NCBI GenBank assembly: GCA_009103225.1
Contig: RHPI01002220.1
Coordinates: 50,571 to 114,570, forward strand
DNA length: 64,000 nucleotides
Source: Chlorokybus atmophyticus
Taxonomy: Eukaryota; Plantae; Mesostigma and Chlorokybus algae
Direction of reading: 5' to 3'
The notes under the pieces were generated by a model. The model ran no database searches. It worked only from the letters and a program-made list of their open reading frames with translations, and was not told where the DNA came from. A program made the translations under genes and the position numbers. Within the stretch, counting starts at the first letter, position 1, and each line of letters starts with the position of its first letter. Below, in pieces: positions 1 through 12,127 of the stretch.

Positions 1-1094
1 ACTACGTGAACACTCCACGAGCAACAGAACACTGAACGACAGGCAGACACTCTCTTAGTGCAGACTGTGGACACTAACTGTGGACACTGAAGTTCTACAC
101 TCCTCTATAATTATCTGATGTAGGCGAGCAGCCAGATTGCAGGTATACTTCGTGAGCCAACAAGCACTTGAGCGCTGTGACTGCATGACGTGACGTTTCG
201 ACTTGCTCATCAATGATAGCAAACCAATCATGCGCCAGCAGTTGCTTCACCACTGATTGACCATGTGGCGTTGAGATCTAGGCGTCCGGGCGGTGGCTGT
301 GACGATTGCAGATGGCTGTAGATCACAACCTAGCACTACCGCGAAACAGCTGTAGCTGTTGTCATAACTCAGCGTGGGTCTGCTGCTGGTAAATGGTTTC
401 CATGCAACATGCAAAATCTGGCGACGCAACTAGTCCCGCAGAACATAATCACACCGAGGCATGCAATCCGACCAGACCTCAACGGCCTGCTGTAAGCAAC
501 CCCACCGACTGTGGCCCACTGCACGGCATAGTCCACCGTTGACGCCAAGCCGCCTGCCGACAGCTTGCCCGGCCCCTTACCGGCGACCGACATCAGCAGC
601 CAGGCGGCTTACCTTACGTGCAGCCCAAGGACAACGTCCCACACAAACAGCGCTGCTTTGCCTCACTGACTCAACAATCTACACACCTATCCGCAAGGCG
701 CAAGCATTCTCCAACTCCACCGCACCAACCTAGCACACACGGGAGCGCCACCAGCAAGCCCGGCGCTTCGGCACACACATTTGAACACACACGTCGAGCA
801 TGACGTACACGTATAGTACACATATAGAACAGCTCGCTTCCTCTGTTAGTTGGGCTGATCAAAGTTGGTGGTTTAGCTCGAACCGAACTGTCATGTCAAC
901 TACCAGTTTCAAGTGTAGAGCAGCTCAAACCATGGGATGAAAGCTGTCAACAGCAAAAGCATGTACACTCTCATGTTGGCAGCTAAGACACATAATGTGC
1001 AGCATACAAATAGCGTACCGCAGCTTGGACATGGCTGCTGGCTAGCTGGATGATCAACTGTGCTTCAGTCAGTTGTGAGAGCAGAACAGCGCAA

Positions 1095-1245
1095 TGCGAC
1101 TATGGGGGCAGCTCCAGCAAGCAGCGCAGCGATAATGCGCTGAGGCCTGACCTCCCCCAGATGCTTCAGCACCACCTGCTCAGCTCCATACACCTCGTCC
1201 TGCCCCGCCTTCTCCACACTACCAGCCGGCTCAACGCCAAGCTGA
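1095..1245 (-). CDS. Possible coding exon of an unidentified gene divergent from purH
   Basis: Minus-strand frame LGVEPAGSVEKAGQDEVYGAEQVVLKHLGEVRPQRIIAALLAGAAPI follows a pyrimidine-rich ...CTCTTCAG acceptor. No family recognised and neighbouring exons unresolved. Confidence 0.25.
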
Positions 1246-1336
1246 AGAGCAGTGCAACAAGAATTTGCGTTTGTTAACCGGCTTATTTTGGCACATCTAC
1301 GGTTAAACCTGTCCGTTCACGTCTGACCTGCACAGC

Positions 1337-1345
1337 AAACCCTAA
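1337..1345 (+). promoter_or_regulatory. Telo-box motif AAACCCTAA upstream of purH
   Basis: Exact AAACCCTAA about 280 nt upstream of the purH ATG. Telo-boxes are known plant promoter/5'UTR elements; a single 9-mer could be chance. Confidence 0.3.
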
Positions 1346-1622
1346 GTCTGCACACCCTCTCGCTGCGCACTGCGACAACTATTGCCACACCGAAAGCGGG
1401 CATCAGACTCTGCGGCTTCTTGGTTGAAAAGCCTGAACACGAATTGATATCGCTATACCAAGGGTTATGAGTATGCTTAATCGAAGGGTTTCTAACTATG
1501 CACTGTGCATTGGCGGCGGCGGTGGCGGCGGCGGCGGCGACGGTGGTGTAGGCGGCGAGGACAAGGTCGGTGTCTGCTTGCAGCAGCTCTGCTGGTGAGT
1601 CGCGTGGTTGTTGCTAAGCTTA

Positions 1623-4600
1623 ATGGTGGCTACCGTGGTGGCGGCGGTGGCGCCGGGGCAGGTTGTGCAGCACGCTGCGGCAGTGCGCAGGCGAGAACAG
1701 CAGCAGCAGCCTGCCGGTCGCTCCTCAGCACCTTTGCCTCGAGGCAGCTTTGCTGGCGAGGCGCTTGTAGTGAAGGGTGGCAATCGTGCTGCTGCCACCC
1801 TGCGCGCTGCTCGCTTGCATGCCGTCATGGCTGCCGCTGCTGACACACATAGCGCATCGAAGTCGGCCTCAACTTCCCAGCAAGGTGCGCTCGTGTATCA
1901 AGTCGCTACGTTGTTCCAGCATTGCAGCATTAGATTCATTGACACCGCAACCGCGCTGTCGAACCTGCAGTTGAACTTCAAGTTGACACTATGTGCTGTT
2001 ACATCTAACGCGATGGCATGCGTAGTGTACTACTTGTGGACATGCACCAACCAGAACTGGCTGCATGTGATTCTTGGCGGCACTTTGCGCAATCGACATG
2101 CACAGCTACTTCTATTGCAGTGCCTGTAGACCTGCATGCATTGTGATACAGGTCCGCATGCATTGCAATGGCAGCCACAACCTGGAACAACGCGTGTGTA
2201 GGCATGCTGTAAATTCCTAATGGCATGCGAGCTAAGTTCAGCAAGCTGCCAGCAGTTGGTAACACGCAGTGCCCTGCATGGCAGTTGCACATGCAGGACA
2301 CTCAAACATAGCTGACGTGTTGACTTGGTGTACTCAGTAGTGGCCGAAAAGCAAGCACTGTTAGCAGTCTACAACAAGTCAGAGCTGGCAGCATTGGCCA
2401 AGGGTCTGGCCGAGCTTGGGTAAGACAAGTGAGCTGGAAGCTAGCAGCCAGGTTGCTTCACTTAGCTCACAGCTTACTAATGCTTGATGCACAGATTTAA
2501 CTGCATCTCGACTGGAGGCACAGCAGCGGCACTGCAGACGGCTAATGTCCCAGTCAAGGAGGTGAAGGCTGTCACGGGCTTCCCTGAGATGGTGAGCATT
2601 GTTTGAAGTTACCTGATGCACATGATTGCGCGCATCACATGAGGATCACAATGTTGGTGATGCTTAAACCAGTAGCTCATGCCGTTAGCTCTGGGGCGCT
2701 GCGCTTGGTGATGCAGCTAGGAGGGCGAGTGAAGACGCTGCATCCTGCCGTGCATGGCGGCATCCTGGCACGACGAGATCAGGAGTCTCACATGACTGCA
2801 CTGCAAGAACATGGGATTGGTACGGCACGCATTGGGGCATACTGTGTCCTTACTTTGTTCTTACCGTGCATGTTGCGCTTGGGCATTGTTTTCTCGCGGG
2901 CGGAATATGGTAACAAGCATATGCAGGCCTGATCGACATTGTGGTGGTCAACTTGTACCCATTCTTCGACACCGTGACGGCTGCTGCGGGCACATCATTC
3001 GAGCAAGGCATAGAACAGATAGATATAGGTGGCCCTGCGATGATCCGAGCGGCGGCCAAGGTGGGCTATACACATTGAACATCTGCATGTCCCTCTATGC
3101 AAGCAGCCAACTCACTCTTCTGCTTAGAATGGGCATCACGCTGTGAACTGTCTGTGTAGAAATCTTCAACTGCCGCGCATGGTGCATGCGTCTTTATGGC
3201 AGGGCGGTGTTGCACTTCTCGGCATGCCACATAGCTGTTGTGTTGAAGCACATGATTGTTAAGTTGGCCGCTGTGATTGGCTAGCCCGATGATTTAAGCT
3301 GCAGCGGTGCGCTTGCAGAATCATAGGGACGTATTGGTCGTGGTGGATCCTGCGGATTACCCCACTCTTCTGTCTAAGCTTAGAGATGGCACTATCGGTC
3401 CGGAAGACCCTTTCCGCAAGCGGCTTGCTTGGAAGGCCTTTCAACACGTCGCTGCTTACGATTCTGCTGTGTCTGAGTGGCTCTGGACGCAGTCAGCAGG
3501 TGTGTTGCAATCTGTGGATCTGCCAAGGACTTCACCACCAGTTCACGCCATCCAACACATGTATATTGCTGGCACCTCAGGTTCAGATGAGGCTCCTCCA
3601 GCTTTGACCGTTCCGATGCGGCTGCAATCGACGCTGCGCTATGGTGAAAACCCGCATCAGTCAGCAGCGTTCTACACCGATGGCTCCTTGAGCGAGTTTG
3701 GACGAGGTGGAGTTGCAACTGCCGTGCAACATCATGGCAAGGTTTGTGGCATTGTTTGTCCAGCGTTTCATGCATGCACTTGCCTGCGCAGTCTGCTTCT
3801 TCCTTCCAGCTGCATGGTTTTGCCTTTGGAAGTGAGCTGCATGCGCAGACGAGTCGCGCAGCAGTTGATGATTGATGCATGCTTGCAGGAGATGTCTTAC
3901 AACAACTACCTCGACACAGATGCAGCATGGAATGCTGTGTGTGAGTTCCCAGAGCCAACATGCGTGATTGTAAAGCACACCAATCCTTGTGGAGTTGCAA
4001 CGCGAGGAGATGATCTGATAGAAGCATACCGGCTCGCTGTGCGCGCCGACCCAATCAGTGCATTTGGCGGCATCGTGGCATTCAATAGGCCAGTTGATGC
4101 GGTTAGTTTGACACGTATGCTCATGTCTGCACTCTTGCAATAGGTGTTCAAATTGTGAACGTGCTTGCACAGGACCTTGCGCGTGACATCCGGGAGTTTA
4201 GAAGCCCCACGGACAATGAGACCAGGATGTTCTATGAGATAGTCGTCGCTCCCGGGTACACCGAGGAAGGGTTGACGGTGCTGAAAGGAAAGAGCAAGAC
4301 CTTGCGCATACTGGAAGCACAGCCTCGAAAGCAAGGGGGCCGATCGCTGCGGCAGATTGGTGGCGGCTGGCTGCTGCAAGACTCTGATGACAAGCTGTCT
4401 GATGAGATAGAGTTCAAGGTGGGAACCCTACAACAACTTGCCAGGCTTAAGCAAGGAACATAATGGTTCCTCATGGTGGCAAGCTGTTACAACTTGTGTG
4501 TGCGCATGCAGGTGGTGACCAAGAGCGTACCAACTGACCAAGAGCTGGAAGATGTTAAGTTTGCATGGAGCTGTGTGAAACATGTCAAGAGCAATGCCAT

Positions 4601-5069
4601 AACCGTTGCAAAGGTTGGCAACATTGTTCTGGATATGCATTATGTGTGATGAGTAACTGTACCTTTGCTTACCTGCGCGGCTGTTTATAGGACGGGAGGC
4701 TCTTGGGCATGGGCAGTGGTCAACCCAATCGAGTGAAGAGCGTGCAGATTGCGTTGGAGAAGGCCAGCGACGAGAGCCAGGGTGCTGCCCTTGCCAGCGA
4801 TGCCTTCTTCCCATTCGGTAGTTTACAACTGCTTGCAATGGCTTGGTTACCACTGCTGTGCTATCATTTTGCTGCAATGCTGGACCCTTTTGTTAACATA
4901 CCACTGCTGTGTCATAGCGTGGAACGATGGAGTGGAAGCCGCATGCAAAGCAGGTGTGAAGGTCATTGCTCAGCCAGGTGGAAGCCTGCGTGACCAAGAC
5001 GCCATAGACTGTTGCAACCAGTATGGCGTGTCGATGCTGTTCACAAGCATACGCCACTTCAGGCATTGA
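1623..5069 (+). CDS. purH: Bifunctional AICAR transformylase/IMP cyclohydrolase with N-terminal plastid transit peptide, multi-exon
   Basis: Spliced exons give [141 protein letters not shown](5067-5069). GT-AG introns keep the frame. Start at 1623 is inferred from an Ala/Arg/Ser-rich first exon. Confidence 0.96.
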
Positions 5070-5934
5070 GACGGGAGATTTAGTACATGCGCTTTGCGCT
5101 TTGAAGTCAATTGTTAGTCAATGAACACTGTTCTTGTGCGCACCACAGCACATCAGGAGGAGGCAACGGCCTCGGTTGCACAACCAACAAGGCCCAAGCC
5201 ACATGCAATTGCAAATAAGATTGCACGTGTTGTATTCCAACACCTTGCAAGTGCATACAACGGCGTACTGCAGTTGCTTATGCCTCATGAGCAATGGTGA
5301 ATGAGAAAAATGCCAAGGGTAATGCGCACACCCTACATCGCATTTTGGGTTCACATGAGTATCCCCATCCCTAGTGCATAAATACCTATGCATGTGCGCG
5401 TGGGCAAAGACTACACCACCACATGCATGGCAATTCCACCTTGCATTGTTTGTACGGTCTACCCCCTTTAAGAGCATACTGTTTATACTCCGCTATCTTA
5501 TGCTCTTGGCGGGGTAATTCTTTTTGCGTTTAAGAGCATGATATGCTCTTGAATGTCAAAAGCATAAATATGCTATAAATGCAGTTTTCATCACGCCCAT
5601 TGCGTTCATTATATCACGCGCACCACGTCACGCCCGTTGCGTCGTCACGTTTATCACGCTGGTTGCGCGTCACACCTTGCCCATCACGCCCTTATCGTCA
5701 TGTTCATCGCGCCTTATGCCACACCTGTCACGTCTCCTCCCATAATGTTAAGACTATGCACACTTACCTATGCACAACTTGAAGTTTGCAAAACTCTGAT
5801 GAACAAGAAATATGCTTTCTAGGGTTAGTCATATTCTCTTAAGCATTAACATTTGCCTGTTAAGCCACTGGTAGTCCTATGCTATAAGCTGGGTTATTCT
5901 CTTCGAGCGAAGTCTCCTAGCGGGGGTAGACTGT

Positions 5935-6345
5935 ACATGGTTAGCACCATAGTTGCACCATACGGCTTACAAGTTCATTGCATACGCGTATGTACGCGTA
6001 TTATAGAAACTGTCGTGCATACTTATTGCGCGTATTATTAAGCCTTTTACTGTTCCACCGCCAGAAAAATGCCCCTGCCCCGTGTTTCAAGCCATTTAGC
6101 ACCGCACGGAACCAGATTGTGGGGTTGCTCGTGGCGCGCGGTGCGCAATAGCCCTAAACGCGGAACAAGGGCATCTTCGCGGTGGGAAAGTGCAAAAAGG
6201 TGGATTACCATTAATGTAACAACATTATGTGCGCTTATTATTGCCGTATGCAAAGACGGCCTATAATGCAACCCCGTGCATACCCGTATACATTTATTTG
6301 CAATGCATACCCGTATGTTGTATGGTGCAACATTGGTTAGCACTC
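5935..6345. mobile_element. Fold-back/MITE-like element with imperfect inverted arms of about 110 bp
   Basis: GTTGCACCATAC (5952-5963) and its reverse complement GTATGGTGCAAC (6320-6331), plus further co-linear inverted matches (CATTGCA, TGCATAC, TTATAG) across 5935-6045 versus 6225-6345. Confidence 0.5.
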
Positions 6346-6723
6346 ATGGATAGCACATGTGCGGTGGTGACGGTGTTGGCATTGTTGGATCCCATATAAT
6401 CGTTGTAAAGTTGCTTGCTTGCAACACCCCTATCGTATAATATGTGTATCACGGTCTTTATCCCCCATCAAGTTTTGACTTTCATTGCAAAACAGTATCA
6501 AAAAAATAGCAGCAGTAGATGTGTTCATTTTTGCTTATTCAGGCAAAATTATATGCTTATAAAAGAAAGTTTGGTTATGCACAAAACTCATTAATAACTT
6601 TATTATGATTCTGCATTCATACACAACATATCATGTGCGCTTGTGTTGCCAATGACATTTGTGTCTTGCAAGTTTGCATGAAATATACATCTTATTTGTA
6701 AACTATGGCATTTAACACTAGGA

Positions 6724-6765
6724 TTAGGGTTGGGGTTGGGGTTGGGGTTAGGGCAAGGGTTAAGG
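6724..6765 (+). repeat. Short degenerate interstitial telomere-like hexamer array
   Basis: TTAGGG TTGGGG TTGGGG TTGGGG TTAGGG CAAGGG TTAAGG seen directly. Confidence 0.6.
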
Positions 6766-7754
6766 TTACGTTCGGGTATGCCTGAACCGTTATCTGAAGC
6801 GTACGCGCAACTTGCGATCAGAGTGGCTGAGTCCACTTTTAAATTGTTGCTTAAGATTATGAGCAATCGGTTGCAATTGTCAAAGAGCATAAGGGAACAT
6901 GTTGGGTCCGCGAGGCATTTTGCTAATGGTATATGTGTAAGTCATTCGTCACACAGTGTGACCAATTAGTGCATCCCTCAAAAGAGCATCTTTATGTGTA
7001 AGGTTAAAGCCTTGTTTCGCAAACAGTCTAAAAAGGAAGTGAACGTTTGAACCATATAAGCGGCTTTTTGTAAGGAAGAGATGTTTTACAACATGTGCAT
7101 AGGTTGGTACGCAGTGGTTGGTTCAGGTTGAGCTACTAGTTTACAACCCTCGTAGATAACCCCTAAAGCCAATCTTTTTGCAAATTGTGCTGCCAAGTGT
7201 AAGGTGTTTGAAGAGTGAGCTCAAATTCACTAGTGCCACTGTTTAGCATGTGCTTAAAGTTTGTGCTCAATTGCAAGAGCATGTGCACGTGCGTGCAACC
7301 AATTCATGTGATGTACCAATACAGTGCGCACAAGAAGAAAAGCTTGTGCAGCATCTTCTCCAACAATATTCAATAACGCCGATCCCACCCTTGATTGGAG
7401 CAAATTAAAGGTGCAATGCATTTAAAAATGCGTGATGCCACATTTGATATTGCAAGGCGTAGGGGGAGCTGACTGCCACAACGACCTTCATGTGTTAGAA
7501 GAAGACTGTCATCACCCCACCAAATTGGTACGCCACCTCTCTCACTGACATTAAATGTATGCACGCGGTGAGACGCGACATGGGCGAAATATTTGCCCCC
7601 AACGATTACGCGAGCCGACATGCCGCATGTCGGCAAATAGCGGCTATTTGCCGATAAGGTGTTTGTGAAGGTAGATTTTTGCCCGTTAAATGGCTTTTTT
7701 TTAATAAGTTCCCTGCCCTTTTGGGCCAAGGGGGCTTTTTTTTGGGGGGGGGGG

Positions 7755-7827
7755 NNNNNNNNNNNNNNNNNNNNNNNNNNNNNNNNNNNNNNNNNNNNNN
7801 NNNNNNNNNNNNNNNNNNNNNNNNNNN
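7755..7827. other. Assembly gap flanked by poly-G
   Basis: N run between G homopolymers. Confidence 0.95.
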
Positions 7828-9082
7828 GGGGGGGGGGGGGGGGCTTATACGGTAGAGACACGTACAGTACAACCCACACTCAATTCTACAAAATCTTTTT
7901 CAATTCAACCTTTTGTTATGATGACCGCAAAAAGTCAATGCATTGATATGATAGTAATAAGGGTTATAATACCCTATTTGAACTCCAACCCAAGACATGT
8001 GATGATTATCTTTATGTTGTAATGTACGTGTCTCTATGGCATACGGATAAATACGATATACGACGGTGCGTGTGCATGCTTGTCATGCATCAAACACTTG
8101 TGATAGCATAAGAATATCCATGTATGCAGTCAGCATAAAAGCAAGCATGCACACACGTACAGCCAACCGCAATAGTAGCATACTATTTCGTAGATTATTG
8201 TAGTGCGGCATTACTAGTGCCTCGAAATCTTCACAAAAGGAATAACTGTGATAAGACACTCTACAATGTTTACGGCTGATCTTATACATTATGACATTAC
8301 AATAGAATGCATAGCTATGCGGGGTTTTACGAAGTATAAACTAACTTTTGAGCCGGCGCAGTACAAAACATTTGCAGCACTACGGTAAGCTCATTCCAAC
8401 ATGACCTCGTTGTATAAGACACGTTTGTTTCCTACCATTGTCTCTTACAAGAAGGGTCTCTTTCCTCAATATCAGAGACTATGCTTACATCAAGGTTTTG
8501 TAAAAAACTTCACGCACTTTGTATATAAAGTGTGATGCTATGTCATTTTTGTGACACGTATAATGTGTAAAATTCTTGTTTAGTTTTAAGCAAGCAAAGT
8601 TCTTATAGTGCATACTTGTCAATGCATTCTATACTGCATCTTCCGCGTAAGAGACAATCGATGATGATGTTGAGGTCTCCTCAGTAGTAGGCTACTGCGG
8701 GGTCTCTTAATCCTAAAATGGAAGAATTTTGAGTGGTAACGATATGTTCTCAATGAATTGTCTCCAATAAAGCGAAATCTCATAATCGGAGGTCTTTAAC
8801 AAAGGTTGTACTCTACCCTTAACAACGAATGACTACACATGTTGTACGTTTAACGGTGTTTATAGCATATTCAATGACGTGGGGGGTGGAGGAGGTTGAA
8901 CCATAATGCTTAGTCTATTAATCATGCTTCATACATATAAGAGCATACTACGGTATTAACGCCAAGCGCATAAGATGGCGGAGGATAAATAATATGCTTA
9001 ATGAACGTAGACTGCGGCACTGCTCATTGTGCCGCTATTGACCTAAGCCTACAAGTATTAAAAACGAAGCACTGTTGGATAT

Positions 9083-9155
9083 GCGCATCCGTGGTCTATG
9101 GGTATGATAGTAGCCTCCCACACTACTGATCTGAGTTCGAGTCCCGGACAGGTTT
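9083..9155 (+). pseudogene. Degenerate tRNA-Gly(CCC)-like sequence (pseudo-tRNA or SINE head)
   Basis: GCGCATCCGTGGTCTATGGGTATGATAGTAGC-CTCCCAC-ACTACTGATCTGAGTTCGAGTCCCGG has A-box and B-box (GTTCGAGTCC) motifs and a CCC anticodon loop. The T-stem is mismatched and the 3' acceptor strand is missing. Confidence 0.6.
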
Positions 9156-9642
9156 GCCGCGACTTAGATTGGGGCCGCTGCGAGGTTCAACTTTAGAGTA
9201 ATACTCTGTCAAAACCGTACGCAAAGCCGCGCTTTCTCTTAGCAGCTTGCGGGTGTAAAGTTACGTTATTAATGCTTTCAACCGACCCTAGCATTCACAA
9301 GGATGCCTTGTGCACGTGTGCAAGCATGTACACAAACATGTATGCAAGCACGTACATACTTAGCCCTGCAGCACAGCTTGGGTCAACCCCATTGCGCGTA
9401 CGCACGCGTCACACTCCAAATGTAAGGTTGGTACTACTCAATGACCCAATTGGGCCACGCAGTATATGAAGGATTGAATTGTATACTATAGTAGTATTAT
9501 AGGCTGAGAGGCCTTAACGAGTTTACGACGCGAAATGGCTTGAGGAGTTGGTTGAGCGCTCCTCGCCACACATGCCCTGCCAAAACAGCCCTATGGGTGG
9601 GTAATGACAATGTACAAATAATGCGCAACAAAGTGTGTACAT

Positions 9643-11141
9643 GCGTCGCCAAATGTTTCCCCTGCCGGCCGACTAAATATTGGCAACGGCCGTGCACCTG
9701 ATAATACTCATTTAGACTGTTGTGGCTCAGTCCACCTGTAATCTCAATACAGGGACCTAACGGCCGTTACCATAAGTCGACGGCCGTTTGCGTAAAGAGA
9801 CTGACCCTAACTGATAGGTACCTGAAAGTTACCTCTCAGTCACGATAAGGCGATTTTGCCTAATTATTAAGTTACCTAATTGACAAGTTACTTAACCGTA
9901 ACCTAACAAGTATGTACCAGCGAGTATACGTTAATTGGGCGAAATTGTCAAGTACCTTAAGGTTCCTTTAATGTACCAGCCTTTACTGATGTGTACTTTT
10001 GCAGGTACATGTTGGTATCGCGCAGTCGTGATTACGTGTCACACATGATTATCGTTGTAAGAATGTGCTTGAATATTTCAAAAAGGATTTTTAACTATTT
10101 TTTACACTGCGTTACTACTACTACTAATACTACTACTACTACTAGTACTACTACCCTTGTAATTAGCTGCCGCTCCTACACCGCCCGCTCCAGCTCTGCC
10201 GCCGCTATTCCTCCTCCTCCGCCTGCGCTGGAAAGCACAAGGCGATCAAGGCCATCAAACACGCGTAGTGAACATACACAATATACACAACATACACACT
10301 CACGTGCTGCCGCTTGCCATGTACGGCCGCCGCTGCCGCCTAGCCTCGTTTGCCCTAGCCTGGCCTGGCCTGGCTTGGTCAAGCCTAGCCTAGCATGGCA
10401 TGGCCGCCCTAAGATAAGAAGGGTGGTTAGGCTGCATGCGGTGTTGTGCGTAGTGCAACGTTAGACAGCAACCAAACTTATCTACTGTCCGCCGCCGCCA
10501 TCACCGCCACCGCCGCCGCTGTACAACTATTCTTGAAGCCGTTGAGTATTTGAAATAAATGCTCAACGACTTCAATTATAATTTCAATTTCAATGTCTGT
10601 GGTACAATTGTACCATTAAAATGGTACGACGGCACCAGTATACTTTCTCGTGATGAGTACCATATTTGGTATTATAATGGAACCGTTGTACCATTGTTGT
10701 ACTCGCCGCCATCGCTCGTCCCTCTTAGGTGACTTGGTTGGGAGTGAGTGGTCACTTGCTTGCCAAATAACATTTGTCGCCGCGGCGGCTTGTGTATGGC
10801 CGGCGGCCGTCCGTGCAACAACTTTTACTCACCAGTATCATTCGTCGCCATTGGGGGCCTGAACATTCAACTAACCGTCATAATAGGTAGGTCGCCGTTG
10901 CGTAAGCTGGATGACCAGCGGTCGGCCGTCAACATATGTTGCTGTCACGTCATCATCGGTAGGCAACAGTCCATTTTACTGTAAGATAGGCGGTCGGCAA
11001 TTTAATAATGTCCACAACATGCACCGGTTGTCCATTCAGTCCCTTTATGGCTCAATTCGTTAGGTTCGTTAGGGTCAGATAAGGTCAAGCACCCGACAGT
11101 CCCTCAGTCCTTGGTCGGTCACCGTGTAAAATTTGCGACGT
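9643..11141. mobile_element. Putative non-autonomous repeat element; its right end is shared with 62536-62582
   Basis: The reverse complement of 11097-11141 matches 62536-62582 at about 40 of 47 nt. Possible degenerate left end CGTCGCCAAATGTTT near 9643. Clustered (A)CGGCCG(T) motifs lie inside both ends. Confidence 0.45.
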
Positions 11142-12127
11142 GTGCATGCATGCCTAATGAAGAGGGGTAGTAGGTGTAGAGTAGTACAGTAGATGTTACC
11201 CCAGTTCTAACAACGCTGAAGTGTGTGGTAATGCTTTGGGAGTGTGCATGTTGCAGAGGGATGCATGTGCGCAACACATCAGATGTCATGTACACATGCG
11301 TGCACGTCATTGAGTTGCCTACTATGTGGCATCACCATATGTGGAGGTATTTGAAGCTGAGGGGGGGGGGAAGGTGTGTGTGTGTTGCTTAGCTTCGTTG
11401 AGTAGCTAATAACTCAAAGTTACTCAAGCTAGAGATAGAAGGATGCGCCTACTTTAACTAGAACCAGCCGTTATCAGATAACACAACATGATTTGCTCTG
11501 GTAGGAGGTGCATAACTCCGTTCCAACTTGCGGCACTCCTGAAATAAAGTCTTGGAGTTGAGGATGCGTGACATCAAGCTGTCAGCCGCCTAGTGGGGCT
11601 TTTGGCACCATTTTGCCCTGCTTCCCCTGTCTCTTAACATGGAAGGTGACTACTATTATAGCGATGCAGTCCGAGGCAGTGTTTCCTCCACGTCGATCAG
11701 CGGACACATACGCATGAGGGGCAGCTGATGCAGAAGCTGAATTGCGTGAGCACTGTTATAGGCCTCCCCAAGTATTTGTAATAACTGATGCCATGGTTGT
11801 TGTGGTTGCTATGCATGCTGGCACACATAATTGCATTCTTTCCATAAATAAGTGTAACCCCACACCAAGTGACGGCTTGTCTCATAGATTGCAAGCACTT
11901 ACCTACAATTCTCTCTGACACAACTCGATGACCCCACAACCCACCACCCATCTCCTACGCATGAGTACACAGCTATCATTACAATTGTAATGCAACTGCT
12001 CCGCTCAACTCGTTTTCTTGGCAAGCTAAGTCCTTTAGACACAACAGGCTGAAGCGTAAGCCAATAAGGAGCTTTACACACACCCAACAACCTTCCAGCA
12101 GAGCGTATATATCGCCGCTGCATCACC

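Noticed and set aside
6780-7380. Ankyrin-like or viral relic (LHLAAQFAK) on the minus strand
   Set aside because: Many stops and only a single short motif; indistinguishable from chance.
7370-7946. ORFs spanning N gaps (also 30743-31772 and 39569-40633)
   Set aside because: Their length comes from untranslatable N runs.
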